DNA of 36,422 nt, from assembly GCA_050694895.1 (NCBI GenBank), contig JBOGSE010000219.1, forward strand, positions 1 to 36,422, in the 5' to 3' direction. This DNA comes from a bacterium (lineage in GTDB: Bacteria > Sysuimicrobiota > Sysuimicrobiia > Sysuimicrobiales > Humicultoraceae). Each line of letters begins with the position of its first letter. Positions within the stretch are counted from its first letter, which is position 1. A program made the position numbers and the translations under genes. The notes under the pieces were generated by a model, which was not told where the DNA came from, did not search any database, and saw only the letters and a program-made list of their open reading frames with translations. Below, piece by piece: positions 25,383-34,742 of the stretch.

Positions 25383-26698
25383 GCCCGGGGTCCGGACCTC
25401 GCCGGCAGATAGGCCAGCCACATGAGTATGAAGGGGAGCAACTGCGCCCGTTGCCGCGCGATGATCGCGAAATTCGAAATAGCGGAAAAGAAGAACGCAA
25501 AGAGCAAGACGTAGGTGACCGACATCAAGAGGAAGGTATCGCGTCGCGCGCCGACGATTGCGGCAATCACGCTCCGCCGACGCCACGCGACTAGCGCGAC
25601 CAGCAACACACCCTCGGCCGCAGAGATTTGCGCGAACAGGTTACCTGCCTCCCACGGGTATGGGCGAAAGAAGACTGTCGCAATCCCGTCGGCAAGCGCC
25701 ACCGGGTTGTTGGGCATCCCCCGCTGGATTATCGACCTGCCGCGCGCGGTGGTCTCCTGACGCGCTTCGATGTAGCTCAAGACGCCCTCCCCCGAAAGCT
25801 CCTCGAGCTGGATAAAGTCCGCGGATGTTTGCACCACGACAAAAGCCAGGACGGCGACGATCGCGGTCGCCATCCCCTTGACTACCGGCGTCATCAAGCC
25901 GGCGCGGATTGGCCGCAGTAAATATCCGGTCGCCAGAGCCACGCCGGCCATCGCCGCGACGTGCGGCCGGATGAAGAGGACTCCCGCCAGGCCGCCGGCG
26001 GCCATCAGCCAGCCTCTGAAATCAGGGCGCCGCATGACGATCGCCGCGCCATAGGTCATCAGGCCGAGAGAGAAGCAGACCAGTGCATCTTTCCCCAAAC
26101 TGCTGGTCCAGAGCAGCATCGAAGGATAGAGCAAGATCAGCAACGCGTACAGCCGGCGATTGCCGCCGGGAAACGCGACGGTGAACGCTTTGTAGAAGAA
26201 CAGCATCCCCATCAGTCCCAGCCACGCCCAGAATACAAATGCACCAACAAGGGTTGGGCCGACAAATGCGTAATAAATCCCGGTCAACAGCTGGACCAGC
26301 TGCGTGCTATAGTACTTGTCCATCTGGGGCAGACCGCTCCTCAGGATCGCATCGGCCAGGCGCTCACCCGATTCGTGGTACTGCAAGGCATCGGCAACCC
26401 CGCCGTACTGGACGAGGACGAACCAGAGGCGAAAGACCACGGCTCCGAACTTGAGGATGAGACTCGCCACCAGCACACGAAACAGCCACGCACCATGCGG
26501 ATCGTCGCGAATGGCCAGGCGAAAGATGACGAGGGTGACGAGGGTGACGATGGCGATGACGCCAGCGGCACGAACCCCCTCAGCATCCTGGGCGGCCACG
26601 GCGATGCCAACGACGGCGGCCATCGTCACGAAGAGGAGCGCCGTACCTAGAACCCACGGAGAGTCTGACCGCGTCCGCACGACGCGATGACCGATCAT
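25379..26698 (-). CDS. Polytopic integral membrane protein, unassigned (Wzy / O-antigen-ligase-like or GT-C-like)
   Basis: About 439 aa from ATG 26698..26696 (TGATG junction). Many long hydrophobic segments throughout, with a larger polar loop near ...ADFIQLEELSGEGVLSYIEARQETTARGRSIIQRG.... No soluble-enzyme motif recognised. Confidence 0.6.
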   Translation of the reverse strand: MIGHRVVRTRSDSPWVLGTALLFVTMAAVVGIAVAAQDAEGVRAAGVIAIVTLVTLVIFRLAIRDDPHGAWLFRVLVASLILKFGAVVFRLWFVLVQYGGVADALQYHESGERLADAILRSGLPQMDKYYSTQLVQLLTGIYYAFVGPTLVGAFVFWAWLGLMGMLFFYKAFTVAFPGGNRRLYALLILLYPSMLLWTSSLGKDALVCFSLGLMTYGAAIVMRRPDFRGWLMAAGGLAGVLFIRPHVAAMAGVALATGYLLRPIRAGLMTPVVKGMATAIVAVLAFVVVQTSADFIQLEELSGEGVLSYIEARQETTARGRSIIQRGMPNNPVALADGIATVFFRPYPWEAGNLFAQISAAEGVLLVALVAWRRRSVIAAIVGARRDTFLLMSVTYVLLFAFFFSAISNFAIIARQRAQLLPFILMWLAYLPARSGPRA

Positions 26699-27729
26699 CA
26701 AAACACCTCCAGATCTCCCAAAGAGAGTCGCCAGCTTGCCGGCGAGCACGGGTCGCGCGCGACGTCCGCCGGTCGCAGCGGACGGACCGTAAAGTGTGGT
26801 CCCCGTCGCGGGATGGGGACAAAGCCCAGGGCCAGGAGCACGCGCCGGTGGGGGGTCGCCCAGCTGCAGTGCGCCACCGCATAGTCGGCGTCCACGGTGC
26901 GCAGGAGCTCGTGCAGCGCGCGGCGGCCTGCCGCAGGGTCGCCGATGAATAATTCCGTGATAGCCAGCTCCCCCAGGCCGCGGCGGCGTGTGAGGCGGCA
27001 GATCACTGCAGCCTTTAGCCCGCCGTCGCTAACCCAGTGAGCCCCGTAACGCAGCGATGGAGCCATCGCGTACCGCCAGCGCAGAAAGGCGACCGACCGC
27101 GCCGTTCGAATACCGGAGGCCAGGCTGGTGTCGTCGCGCACAATCAGCTCGGCCAGGGGGTTCTCCAGCCGCAGCAGCTCGTCGACGGGTCGGGCGACAC
27201 TCACTCCTGTCATGCTTCCGTCAGAACCGCCGTCGGCCTGTGCCCCCCGGGGCGTCAGGAAGGTCTGGCCGATGCGCAATGGTCTCAGCGGACGGACCAT
27301 CACGGTCGTCCGCCCCACATGGGCCCAGCCCAGCTTCAGATACCCTGGAAGGCTGAACCGGTTCGGCGTATTGAACACGAGGTCCATGCCCGCGGCGTGC
27401 GCGCGCTCGAGGCATGCCGCCGTAAGCCGAGAGAAGATCCCCATGCGCTGATAGCCGGGGTGGGTGGCGGTGTCCACGGCGCGAACTGCGTGCATGGTCC
27501 GCCCGCCAGCGCGGAACTGCCACCGGAGGAATGCGCGAAGCCCGAGAATCTCCTGGCCGTCTGCGACCAGCAGCAGCGACGGCCCAAAGGGATTCTCCAG
27601 GTGTTTCCACCGGAAGAATCGCGTCGAACGCTCGAAGGTCCGGCCGGCGCCAAGCGCGCGATTCAGCAAGTCGAGTACCCGCGGCTCGTCAGCCACTCCG
27701 TACTCGCGGATGGTCACGGCCGAGGTCAC
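26698..27729 (-). CDS. GNAT-fold acyltransferase with a C-terminal extension (343 aa)
   Basis: IREYGVADEPRVLDLLNRAL..., and motif A region VDTATHPGYQRMGIFSRLTAACLERA. GTG start in a GTGA overlap with the upstream GT4 stop. Confidence 0.7.
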   Translation of the reverse strand: MTSAVTIREYGVADEPRVLDLLNRALGAGRTFERSTRFFRWKHLENPFGPSLLLVADGQEILGLRAFLRWQFRAGGRTMHAVRAVDTATHPGYQRMGIFSRLTAACLERAHAAGMDLVFNTPNRFSLPGYLKLGWAHVGRTTVMVRPLRPLRIGQTFLTPRGAQADGGSDGSMTGVSVARPVDELLRLENPLAELIVRDDTSLASGIRTARSVAFLRWRYAMAPSLRYGAHWVSDGGLKAAVICRLTRRRGLGELAITELFIGDPAAGRRALHELLRTVDADYAVAHCSWATPHRRVLLALGFVPIPRRGPHFTVRPLRPADVARDPCSPASWRLSLGDLEVF

Positions 27730-28850
27730 GCGTCTACCTCCCGCATCGTCTCGGCGTAGAGCAGCTCCACCGCGTGGACCATCTGTCGAACTCCATACCG
27801 GCTCCTGGCGCGCTCCTGCGCGGCCACCCCCAACTTCCCGCGCAGGGCAGGCTCATCGAGTACTGTGCTGATCCCCTCTGCCAGGGCGCGCGCGTCTCCC
27901 GATGGGACAAGCACGCTGCTGGTCTCATCGGTGACCTCAGGAATACCACCGGTCCGGGGGACCACGCTCGCCTTTCCCAACGCCATGGCCTCAAGCAGCG
28001 TCACCGGGAGGCCTTCAAACAACGACGAGAGAACGAAGACATCGGAGGCCGCCAATAACCGAACCGCATCCGCACGGAACCCGGTGAACACCACCGTCCC
28101 ATTCAGGCCGAGACGATTCGCTTGGGCCCGCAGGCGGTCGTCGAGTGGACCCTGGCCAATGAGGAGAAACCGTGCATTGGGGTGGCGCGCGAGCACTCGC
28201 CGGGAGGCCTCAAGCAAGAACGTGTGCCCCTTCTTGGGGGTCAGATTGCCGATCGTGGTCACCACGAGCGCATCGGGGGGGAAGCCGAACTCCCGCCGGA
28301 CGGCTGAGGCGTCGGCGACGATCGTGGCCAGGGTCTCCACATCGACGGCGTTCTGCACTGTCAAGATCCTGGGGCGGCCATTTGCGTAACCGGTGATCGC
28401 GCGCCGCACTTCGTCCGACACGGCGATGACGATGTCGTTCATCCTATACGTCTGGCGGTTGAGCAGACGGGTGAGGAACGCGTATCGTTGCGGCAGGTTG
28501 TGCTCGGTGTAGACGACCCGCGGCACGCGGGCCAGTCGGGCCGCGACGCGTCCCCAGATGCCAGCAACGGGAAGATGCGCGTGGACGAGATCGATCCGCT
28601 CTCGACGAAGGAGGGTGATCAAGCGCATCAGCACCCTGGGATCGCCAGGGTGGCGCATACCGAGACAGTACACGGGCACGCCAGCCTCAACGAACGCAGG
28701 CACCAGCGCGGCCTTCCACGGCAGCAGGTAGCCCACATGGTAGTCATAGCGATCGCGATCGAGATACGGCAGGGATGCCTCGAGGAGCCGCTCGGCGCCA
28801 CCCACACCCAACCCCTTGATCAGCACAAGGATGCGGGCCCGATCCGCCAT
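27726..28850 (-). CDS. Glycosyltransferase family 4
   Basis: 374 aa. RILVLIKGLGVGGAERLL and the E-x7-E region LSSLFEGLPVTLLEAMALGKA. Confidence 0.9.
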   Translation of the reverse strand: MADRARILVLIKGLGVGGAERLLEASLPYLDRDRYDYHVGYLLPWKAALVPAFVEAGVPVYCLGMRHPGDPRVLMRLITLLRRERIDLVHAHLPVAGIWGRVAARLARVPRVVYTEHNLPQRYAFLTRLLNRQTYRMNDIVIAVSDEVRRAITGYANGRPRILTVQNAVDVETLATIVADASAVRREFGFPPDALVVTTIGNLTPKKGHTFLLEASRRVLARHPNARFLLIGQGPLDDRLRAQANRLGLNGTVVFTGFRADAVRLLAASDVFVLSSLFEGLPVTLLEAMALGKASVVPRTGGIPEVTDETSSVLVPSGDARALAEGISTVLDEPALRGKLGVAAQERARSRYGVRQMVHAVELLYAETMREVDA

Positions 28851-28851
28851 C

Positions 28852-30012
28852 CTACTGCCCTCCCGCCCGACCGTTCAGCACTCCGATATACGCCTCGGCA
28901 TACCTCGCGGCAATCGCAGCGATCTCGTAGGATCGACACGCGGCGCGGGCTGCCTCGCCCATCGATCGGCGCATACCGGCATCCTGCACGAGCCTGAGCA
29001 CCGCCGCCTGCAGCGCTGGTTCGTCCCCCGCCGGCACGAGCAGTCCGGTCGTTCCGTGCCGTACAACCTCACCGATGCCGCCGACATCGGACGCCACGAC
29101 CGGCAACCCCGAGAGGCCCGCCTCAACGACGACGGCGGGCATGCCCTCAGTGAGACTGGGGAGGATCAACAGATCAGCCGCGGCCAGAAGGTCAGGGACA
29201 TCCGAGCGCACCCCGGCAAACCACGTCTCCGCGGAAAGACCCGCGCCACGCACCATGCGCTCGACGGAGGACCGTTCGGGGCCCTCCCCCACGATCCACA
29301 GCCTGACTGGCACCCCTGCGGCCCGCGCTGCCGCGGCGGCGCGGACTACGGCTCCGTGGTTCTTTTCACTCGTCAGGCTCCCCACGTGGATCATGACCGC
29401 GTCCGTGGACGACGTCGATGCTTCGATGCGAATCCGCGCCCGTGCATCGGCCGGGCGGGTGAGAAACGGCCGGGCATCAACGCCGTTGGGAATGACCGTC
29501 ACCTGTTGTGCGGGGAGGCCAGCCTCCTCGATCAACTCGGCGCGGGCGCGGCGGCAGACCGCCACGACGAGGTCGGTCTGGCGGAACCACCACCGATACG
29601 CAGCGAGCCGGAGCGGATCACGCCTCCAGAACGAGGGCATGCCGATACTCCGGTACACCAGGCGCCAGCGTCCCCCGCCGATGCGCCGGGCCGTGGCAAG
29701 GTACTTGAGCGTGGCGGCCCCATTCGCCTGAACTATGGGACAACGCGACGCCTCAATGTGGTGAGTGATCTTCTTCAGCACAGGCCACGCCATCGGGCCC
29801 CACGTCCGGCGATTCGCAAGCGTTCCGCGCCACACGTCAGCGGCTTGGGCGGTATGCACAAATTCGTCGTCACCCGGGAAGAGACTCATGATCGTGGACT
29901 GCCAGCCCTGCTCGCGGAGCGCGACGGAGAGTTGCAATGCGAACACCTCCGCCCCGCGGCGCTGAGGAGCCTGGATGATCTGGAGAGTTCCCAGGCGCTC
30001 AGCCGGCAACAC
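28852..30012 (-). CDS. Glycosyltransferase family 4
   Basis: 386 aa. LQIIQAPQRRGAEVFALQLSVAL and the E-x7-E region LPSLTEGMPAVVVEAGLSGLP. Confidence 0.9.
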   Translation of the reverse strand: MLPAERLGTLQIIQAPQRRGAEVFALQLSVALREQGWQSTIMSLFPGDDEFVHTAQAADVWRGTLANRRTWGPMAWPVLKKITHHIEASRCPIVQANGAATLKYLATARRIGGGRWRLVYRSIGMPSFWRRDPLRLAAYRWWFRQTDLVVAVCRRARAELIEEAGLPAQQVTVIPNGVDARPFLTRPADARARIRIEASTSSTDAVMIHVGSLTSEKNHGAVVRAAAAARAAGVPVRLWIVGEGPERSSVERMVRGAGLSAETWFAGVRSDVPDLLAAADLLILPSLTEGMPAVVVEAGLSGLPVVASDVGGIGEVVRHGTTGLLVPAGDEPALQAAVLRLVQDAGMRRSMGEAARAACRSYEIAAIAARYAEAYIGVLNGRAGGQ

Positions 30013-32404
30013 TGGCCTCCTCGGTCGGAGCCAGCAAGCCGTTGGCGACTACGCCGTACAGCGCTTCCAGGCGGCGAATGCTGGCGGTGATGTCGTACTG
30101 CTCGCGTACCCAGGCCGCTCCTTCACCGCCCAGACGCGCAGCGTAGGCCGGATCATCAGCCAGTTTGATGATGGCCGCAGCAATCGCCCCCGGCGATCGC
30201 TCGTCGACTACGAGGGCGACTCGACCGCTATCTGTCACCTCACACAGCGCCGGGATGCGGCTCACCACCGACGGACGTCCCGCCCCCAATGCCTGGAGCA
30301 GAGCGACGCCAAAGCCCTCGGAAATCGATGGAAAGACAAAGACATCGGCGGCTCGAAGCAACGGGTTGACGTCACGACGCTCACCGGCGAGCACAACGTG
30401 CTCCTCAAGTTCGAGCTTCGTGATCAACGCCTCCAGGTCAGGACGGAGCCACCCCTCGCCGACGATCGTGAGCCGCGCTTGAGGATAGGCGTCCAGAATC
30501 TTGGGCATGGCGGCAATGGCGTAACGCTGACCCTTCTGCGGGACGAGCCGTCCGATGTTCAGGAGTGCGGGGTAGACGGTCGGGCCACCCAGGAGCGCGC
30601 GGGCGGCCAGCACATCAGCGGTGGAGAACCGGTTCGGGGCATCGACGACGAGGCCACGTGGAATCACGCTGACCCGGTCCGCAGGAATGGAAAGTTGTCG
30701 GACCGCCGAGTCCTTGACCGCATGACTGATAGCCACGAACCAGGTGCCCCACGCGCCGGCAGTGAGTCTGTCTGCGAGATGGACGACCCGCACCTTCCAC
30801 CGCTTCAGGTGCGGATTCTCTGCAAGCCATTGGGCTTCGTAGGTGGGGCTCACCAGCGAAGTGATCACCGGCAGGTGCAACAGCCTGCCGACGGTGCGGC
30901 TGGTGAGAGCCGCGCGATAGAGCGTCGCATGGAGCACTCCCGGGTTGATCTTGCGCACAAGCCGCCACAACCGCCACACGCCTCGAACCAGGTCACGCCG
31001 CGGCCCCAGGTCCAGAGAATGTACCTCGATGCCCGAGCTCCGCAAATCCTCTGCGAACCCGGCGGTCTGCCTCAGCGAGCACACTATGTGTCGGAACCGG
31101 GTCGGGTCGGCATGCGCGAGAAGCGTGGAGAGCTGGTGCTCGGCGCCACCGGTGCTGAGGCTGTCGATGACGTGCAGGACCGTTACCGGGCCTGCGGGCC
31201 GCGGGCGTGGTGATATCTTCGGCCGCACCGCCAGTCTGGCCTGACCATCCCGGCGCGCCATCAAGCGCTCGTACAGCAGTTCATGGGAACGGACCGCGGT
31301 GGAGATATCGAAGCGCGAGCGCGCCCATTCCCCGGCGCCCGCGCCGAGCGCCCTTGCCGCGCCAGGGCTTCTCGCCAGATCGATGAGCGCATCACCCAAG
31401 GCGTCCGGTGACGCGCTGGGCACGACGCGGGCGACCCGACCTCCATCGGTCAGTTCCTCGACACCCGCAAACTGAGTCGTGACACAGGGCTTGTCCGCCG
31501 CCATCGCTTCGACAAGCGCTCCGCCGAACCCCTCGAAGAGTGACGGGAAGATGAAGAGGTCCGCGGCCGCGAGGAGCCCCGGGACATCCCGACGTTCACC
31601 GAGCAGGCGAATCCGATCGGCCTGCCCGGTCGAGCGCGCGAGGCTCTCCAACTCACCGCACATCGGTCCCTCGCCGGCCACCGCCAGTAGGGCGCCGGGA
31701 TACGCCTGCGCGACGCGGGCCATCGCCTGAATCGCGTATCGGTGCCCCTTCTGCGGGACCAGACGACCGACACTCAGCACGACGGGATAGTGCCTGTCCC
31801 ATCCCAGGTCCCTGCGCAGGGCTGCAACCTGGTCGGCCGGCGGCGGAGCGATCTGGTCGAGTGGCAACCCGCGCGGGATGATCGAGATCCGGTCCTGAGG
31901 GATCCCTAGATGGCGGATCGCGGAAGCGCGCACGGCCAACGTCACGGCCACAAACCATGTGCCCCACAACCGGGACGTCACACCATCAAGACCGCGTGCA
32001 ATGGCGACCTTCGTCGGTGTGAGCCTGGGATTGTCGCGCCGCCACTCTGGCTCGTAAATCGTATTCACTAATGTGGTGACGACAGGTTTCCCCAAGAGGC
32101 GCGCCGCCGTGCGCCCCAGTACACTCGCCCAGTACAGGGACGTATGGACAATGTCGGGTGTGACGTCACGCATGACATCGCGGAGCTCGACCAGGGTCCG
32201 CGTGGTCTCGTGGCGCGGAGAGCGATGGAGCTCGTAGACGGGGATTCCCGCCGCGCGAAGTGTGGGCCCGTGGCGGTCCGCATCCCGCAGCGCGCAGACC
32301 GCATGCTGGAACCGCGTGGCATCGGATCGGAGCAACATCAGGGTCAGCTGCTGCTCCGCGCCGCCCGTGGCCAGACTATCAATGACGTGGAAAACCCGAA
32401 TCAT
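29999..32404 (-). CDS. Tandem GT4-GT4 fusion glycosyltransferase (about 801 aa, two complete GT-B modules in one reading frame)
   Basis: ATG 32404..32402 (ATGA overlap with the upstream stop) gives MIRVFHVIDSLATGGAEQQL...FPSLFEGFGGALVEAMAADKP. A Pro/Arg-rich linker (RPKISPRPRPAGP) follows, then a second module VTVLHVIDSLSTGGAEHQL...FPSISEGFGVALLQALGAGRP. There is no stop codon between the modules. Confidence 0.85.
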   Translation of the reverse strand: MIRVFHVIDSLATGGAEQQLTLMLLRSDATRFQHAVCALRDADRHGPTLRAAGIPVYELHRSPRHETTRTLVELRDVMRDVTPDIVHTSLYWASVLGRTAARLLGKPVVTTLVNTIYEPEWRRDNPRLTPTKVAIARGLDGVTSRLWGTWFVAVTLAVRASAIRHLGIPQDRISIIPRGLPLDQIAPPPADQVAALRRDLGWDRHYPVVLSVGRLVPQKGHRYAIQAMARVAQAYPGALLAVAGEGPMCGELESLARSTGQADRIRLLGERRDVPGLLAAADLFIFPSLFEGFGGALVEAMAADKPCVTTQFAGVEELTDGGRVARVVPSASPDALGDALIDLARSPGAARALGAGAGEWARSRFDISTAVRSHELLYERLMARRDGQARLAVRPKISPRPRPAGPVTVLHVIDSLSTGGAEHQLSTLLAHADPTRFRHIVCSLRQTAGFAEDLRSSGIEVHSLDLGPRRDLVRGVWRLWRLVRKINPGVLHATLYRAALTSRTVGRLLHLPVITSLVSPTYEAQWLAENPHLKRWKVRVVHLADRLTAGAWGTWFVAISHAVKDSAVRQLSIPADRVSVIPRGLVVDAPNRFSTADVLAARALLGGPTVYPALLNIGRLVPQKGQRYAIAAMPKILDAYPQARLTIVGEGWLRPDLEALITKLELEEHVVLAGERRDVNPLLRAADVFVFPSISEGFGVALLQALGAGRPSVVSRIPALCEVTDSGRVALVVDERSPGAIAAAIIKLADDPAYAARLGGEGAAWVREQYDITASIRRLEALYGVVANGLLAPTEEASVAG

Positions 32405-33363
32405 CGTGCACGCATGCCGCGCGCCCACGCCTTGACCGGCGCCGGCAGAGCCGATATCGCCGCCAGCCGCGCGATATTGTAGAGAAACGTGTGCGTCTCC
32501 CAATTCATGACGGTCAATCGCGGGAGAACATACCTCCGTGAGGCTGATGTACACAGCGAGCGGTTTATCGTCACGGCCCCCAGAAAGCCGGCCGATTCCA
32601 CGGCCGCGCACACTCGCGCATCGAACCTGCCAAACGGGTAGGCGAATGAGACTGGCGCAACACCAAGCCGGGCAGCGATGAGGTCCCGAGATGACTCAAC
32701 CTCGTCGCGTAACCTCGAGTCCGACACCTCAACCAGGGACGGGTGAGAACAGGAATGCGCCCCGAACGACACACCTCGCCCGAGCATCGCGCGGACCTGA
32801 TCCCATGACAGAGGCCGTTCATCCTCGGGCACGATCGGAGCGATCTTCCCCAAGAGCTCGCACCGCTTGTGCCTGTCCATGCCGCCCAGGAGCTTCTTCA
32901 GCCTCTGCAGGGACTGCGGCGCGTTCACGGGTATTCCGAGCGCGAGATCCCCATTGAGCTCGACGGGCAGCGGAAGCGCGTGCTCCATCGTCGCCTGAAG
33001 CAATCGCGCCGCACCATCCCACAAGAACGGCACACCGTGCTCGATGTGGTCCGTTATCAGGAAGATCGTGGCGGGAATGCCCATCCTCGATAACACGGGA
33101 AAGGCATGGAGGTAGTTATCCGCGTAGCCGTCATCAAAAGTGATCGCGGCCTGGCCGGGGCGGACGTCTCCGTCGAGGAGCTGGGCGAGCAGTTCGTGGA
33201 GGGGCACGATGGCAAAGAGTCGAGCCAGAACTTCCAACTGCCTTCGAAAGCGCTTCACCTCTGCCGTCAGACCCGGCCCACTGACGGCCCCCAGGGGGCC
33301 GCGGTCGAGCGCCGGAAGGACGCGGTGATAGCCCAGAATGAGCGATCCGTGCACGAGCCTCAT
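32401..33363 (-). CDS. Polysaccharide deacetylase (CE4 / NodB homology domain)
   Basis: 320 aa. ILGYHRV, AITFDDGYADNY, GAHSCSHPSL. Confidence 0.85.
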   Translation of the reverse strand: MRLVHGSLILGYHRVLPALDRGPLGAVSGPGLTAEVKRFRRQLEVLARLFAIVPLHELLAQLLDGDVRPGQAAITFDDGYADNYLHAFPVLSRMGIPATIFLITDHIEHGVPFLWDGAARLLQATMEHALPLPVELNGDLALGIPVNAPQSLQRLKKLLGGMDRHKRCELLGKIAPIVPEDERPLSWDQVRAMLGRGVSFGAHSCSHPSLVEVSDSRLRDEVESSRDLIAARLGVAPVSFAYPFGRFDARVCAAVESAGFLGAVTINRSLCTSASRRYVLPRLTVMNWETHTFLYNIARLAAISALPAPVKAWARGMRAR

Positions 33364-33384
33364 CGCGAGCCACCAATGATGGTG

Positions 33385-34665
33385 TTAGCGCACCGGACGG
33401 CCGGGTGAGTCATCTCGCGAGGGAGTGTGGGTGCCATCAAACTCCCAGCGCGTAGGGATTTGCAGGAGAGGCGGTTTCCATTCGTGAGGCGCACCAGTGA
33501 GGCTCGTGGCCACCTGGCGCGTTCCGGTTATCGCGAACACCGCCATCGGCTGCCACGGAACCTCCTCCCCGTACTCCGGAAGCCGTAAGATCTGCGCCCA
33601 CACCTGATACGTTCTCGCCGCGAGCGGCAGCGCCTGAAACGTGCATCGGACGACCCCTCGGCCCGACAGGACGAGTTCTCGCTGTTGACCGTTCGACTGG
33701 GCAACCGATAGCGTTGTCTGGTCGCCGTCCACGATCCTGAAGACAATCTGCGACGGCAGGTGTCCCTCTCGCACCCGATAGTGCAGGGCCACTGTGATGT
33801 CCTCTCCGGGTTCAAACTCGGGCCGTTCAACCCCCTGCGCGTCCGTCACAACCACCCGTTCGACCTCGAGCGCGCCGACCGATTTCACACCGCGGCGGGC
33901 CACCATCAGAAACTCCCGCTCGACCGACGTATGGTAGTGAGGCACAACCTCGTGACTCGGCCCATCTTCTTTGATCCGGCCTTCGCTGATCCACACCACA
34001 CGCGGGCATACCTGCTGGATCGCGTGGAGGTCGTGGGAGACAAAGATGACGGTTGTACCCGCGTCCCGCAGCGCACGCAGCTGAGCCATGCACTTGCGCT
34101 GAAACGCCACATCGCCGACCGCCAGGGCCTCGTCCACCAGCAAGATGTCCGGATCGAGATGGGCAGCTACGGCGAACCCCAGTCGGACCTTCATGCCTGA
34201 GGAATAGCGTTTCACGGGCATGTCCAGGAAGTCATACACCTCGGCGAAATTGACGATGCGGTCGAACTTGGCCTTCGTCTCGCGCTGGGGAAGGCCGAGC
34301 ATCGTCCCGTAGAGGTAGATGTTCTCGCGGCCAGTGAGGTCCGGCGTCAGGCCGGCGCCGACATCAATCAGGGCGCCCACCCGGCCTCGAACCTCGACGA
34401 GACCCAGGGTAGGATACGTCACGCCGGCAACGATCTTGAGCAGGGTGCTCTTTCCCGCCCCGTTGTCGCCTATGACGCCGAGTGCTTCGCCTTCCTCGAT
34501 GTCGAGCGTGAAGTCCTTCAGCGCCCAGAAATGCCCCTTCCTTATCGCTCCGCTGCGCGCACGCAACCATCCAAATCGCTCTGCGACGATATCCTGAAAG
34601 GTTTGGCGTATCGACGCCCGGATACGATACCGTTTCGAAAGACCCACGCATCTCACCGCGCGCAT
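33385..34665 (-). CDS. wzt: Polysaccharide ABC exporter ATP-binding protein (Wzt/TagH type) with a C-terminal extension of about 170 aa
   Basis: 426 aa. Walker A GDNGAGKST, signature YSSGMKVRL, Walker B ILLVDEALAVGD. A beta-rich C-terminal domain follows (VERVVVTDAQGVERPEFEPGEDITVALHY...). Confidence 0.9.
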   Translation of the reverse strand: MRAVRCVGLSKRYRIRASIRQTFQDIVAERFGWLRARSGAIRKGHFWALKDFTLDIEEGEALGVIGDNGAGKSTLLKIVAGVTYPTLGLVEVRGRVGALIDVGAGLTPDLTGRENIYLYGTMLGLPQRETKAKFDRIVNFAEVYDFLDMPVKRYSSGMKVRLGFAVAAHLDPDILLVDEALAVGDVAFQRKCMAQLRALRDAGTTVIFVSHDLHAIQQVCPRVVWISEGRIKEDGPSHEVVPHYHTSVEREFLMVARRGVKSVGALEVERVVVTDAQGVERPEFEPGEDITVALHYRVREGHLPSQIVFRIVDGDQTTLSVAQSNGQQRELVLSGRGVVRCTFQALPLAARTYQVWAQILRLPEYGEEVPWQPMAVFAITGTRQVATSLTGAPHEWKPPLLQIPTRWEFDGTHTPSRDDSPGRPVR

Positions 34666-34742
34666 CGGGTTCGCCTATTCCGACTGATTTCGAGCGGGTG
34701 GCCGCGAGGGTCTTATGAGAGGCGACAAGGAGGCTTCGATTA

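Noticed and set aside
26527-26553. Short tandem repeat tgacgaggg x2 plus a one-mismatch third unit, inside the membrane-protein gene.
   Set aside because: The 9-bp unit is in frame (it encodes part of ...IVTLVTLVI... in a transmembrane segment). There are only two perfect copies, too short for a phase-variation tract. It is most simply a hydrophobic-helix coding coincidence.
28816-31213. Very long plus-strand ORFs (28816..30090, 424 aa; 29975..31213, 412 aa). Similar ones elsewhere include 11265..12317, 21449..22537, 9645..10652, 6634..7530 and 2589..3485.
   Set aside because: They lie antisense to minus-strand genes with clear family motifs. Their translations are Arg/Pro/Gly/Ala/Ser-rich low-complexity strings with no recognisable domain. 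Long antisense shadow ORFs are expected in DNA this GC-rich because stop codons are rare.
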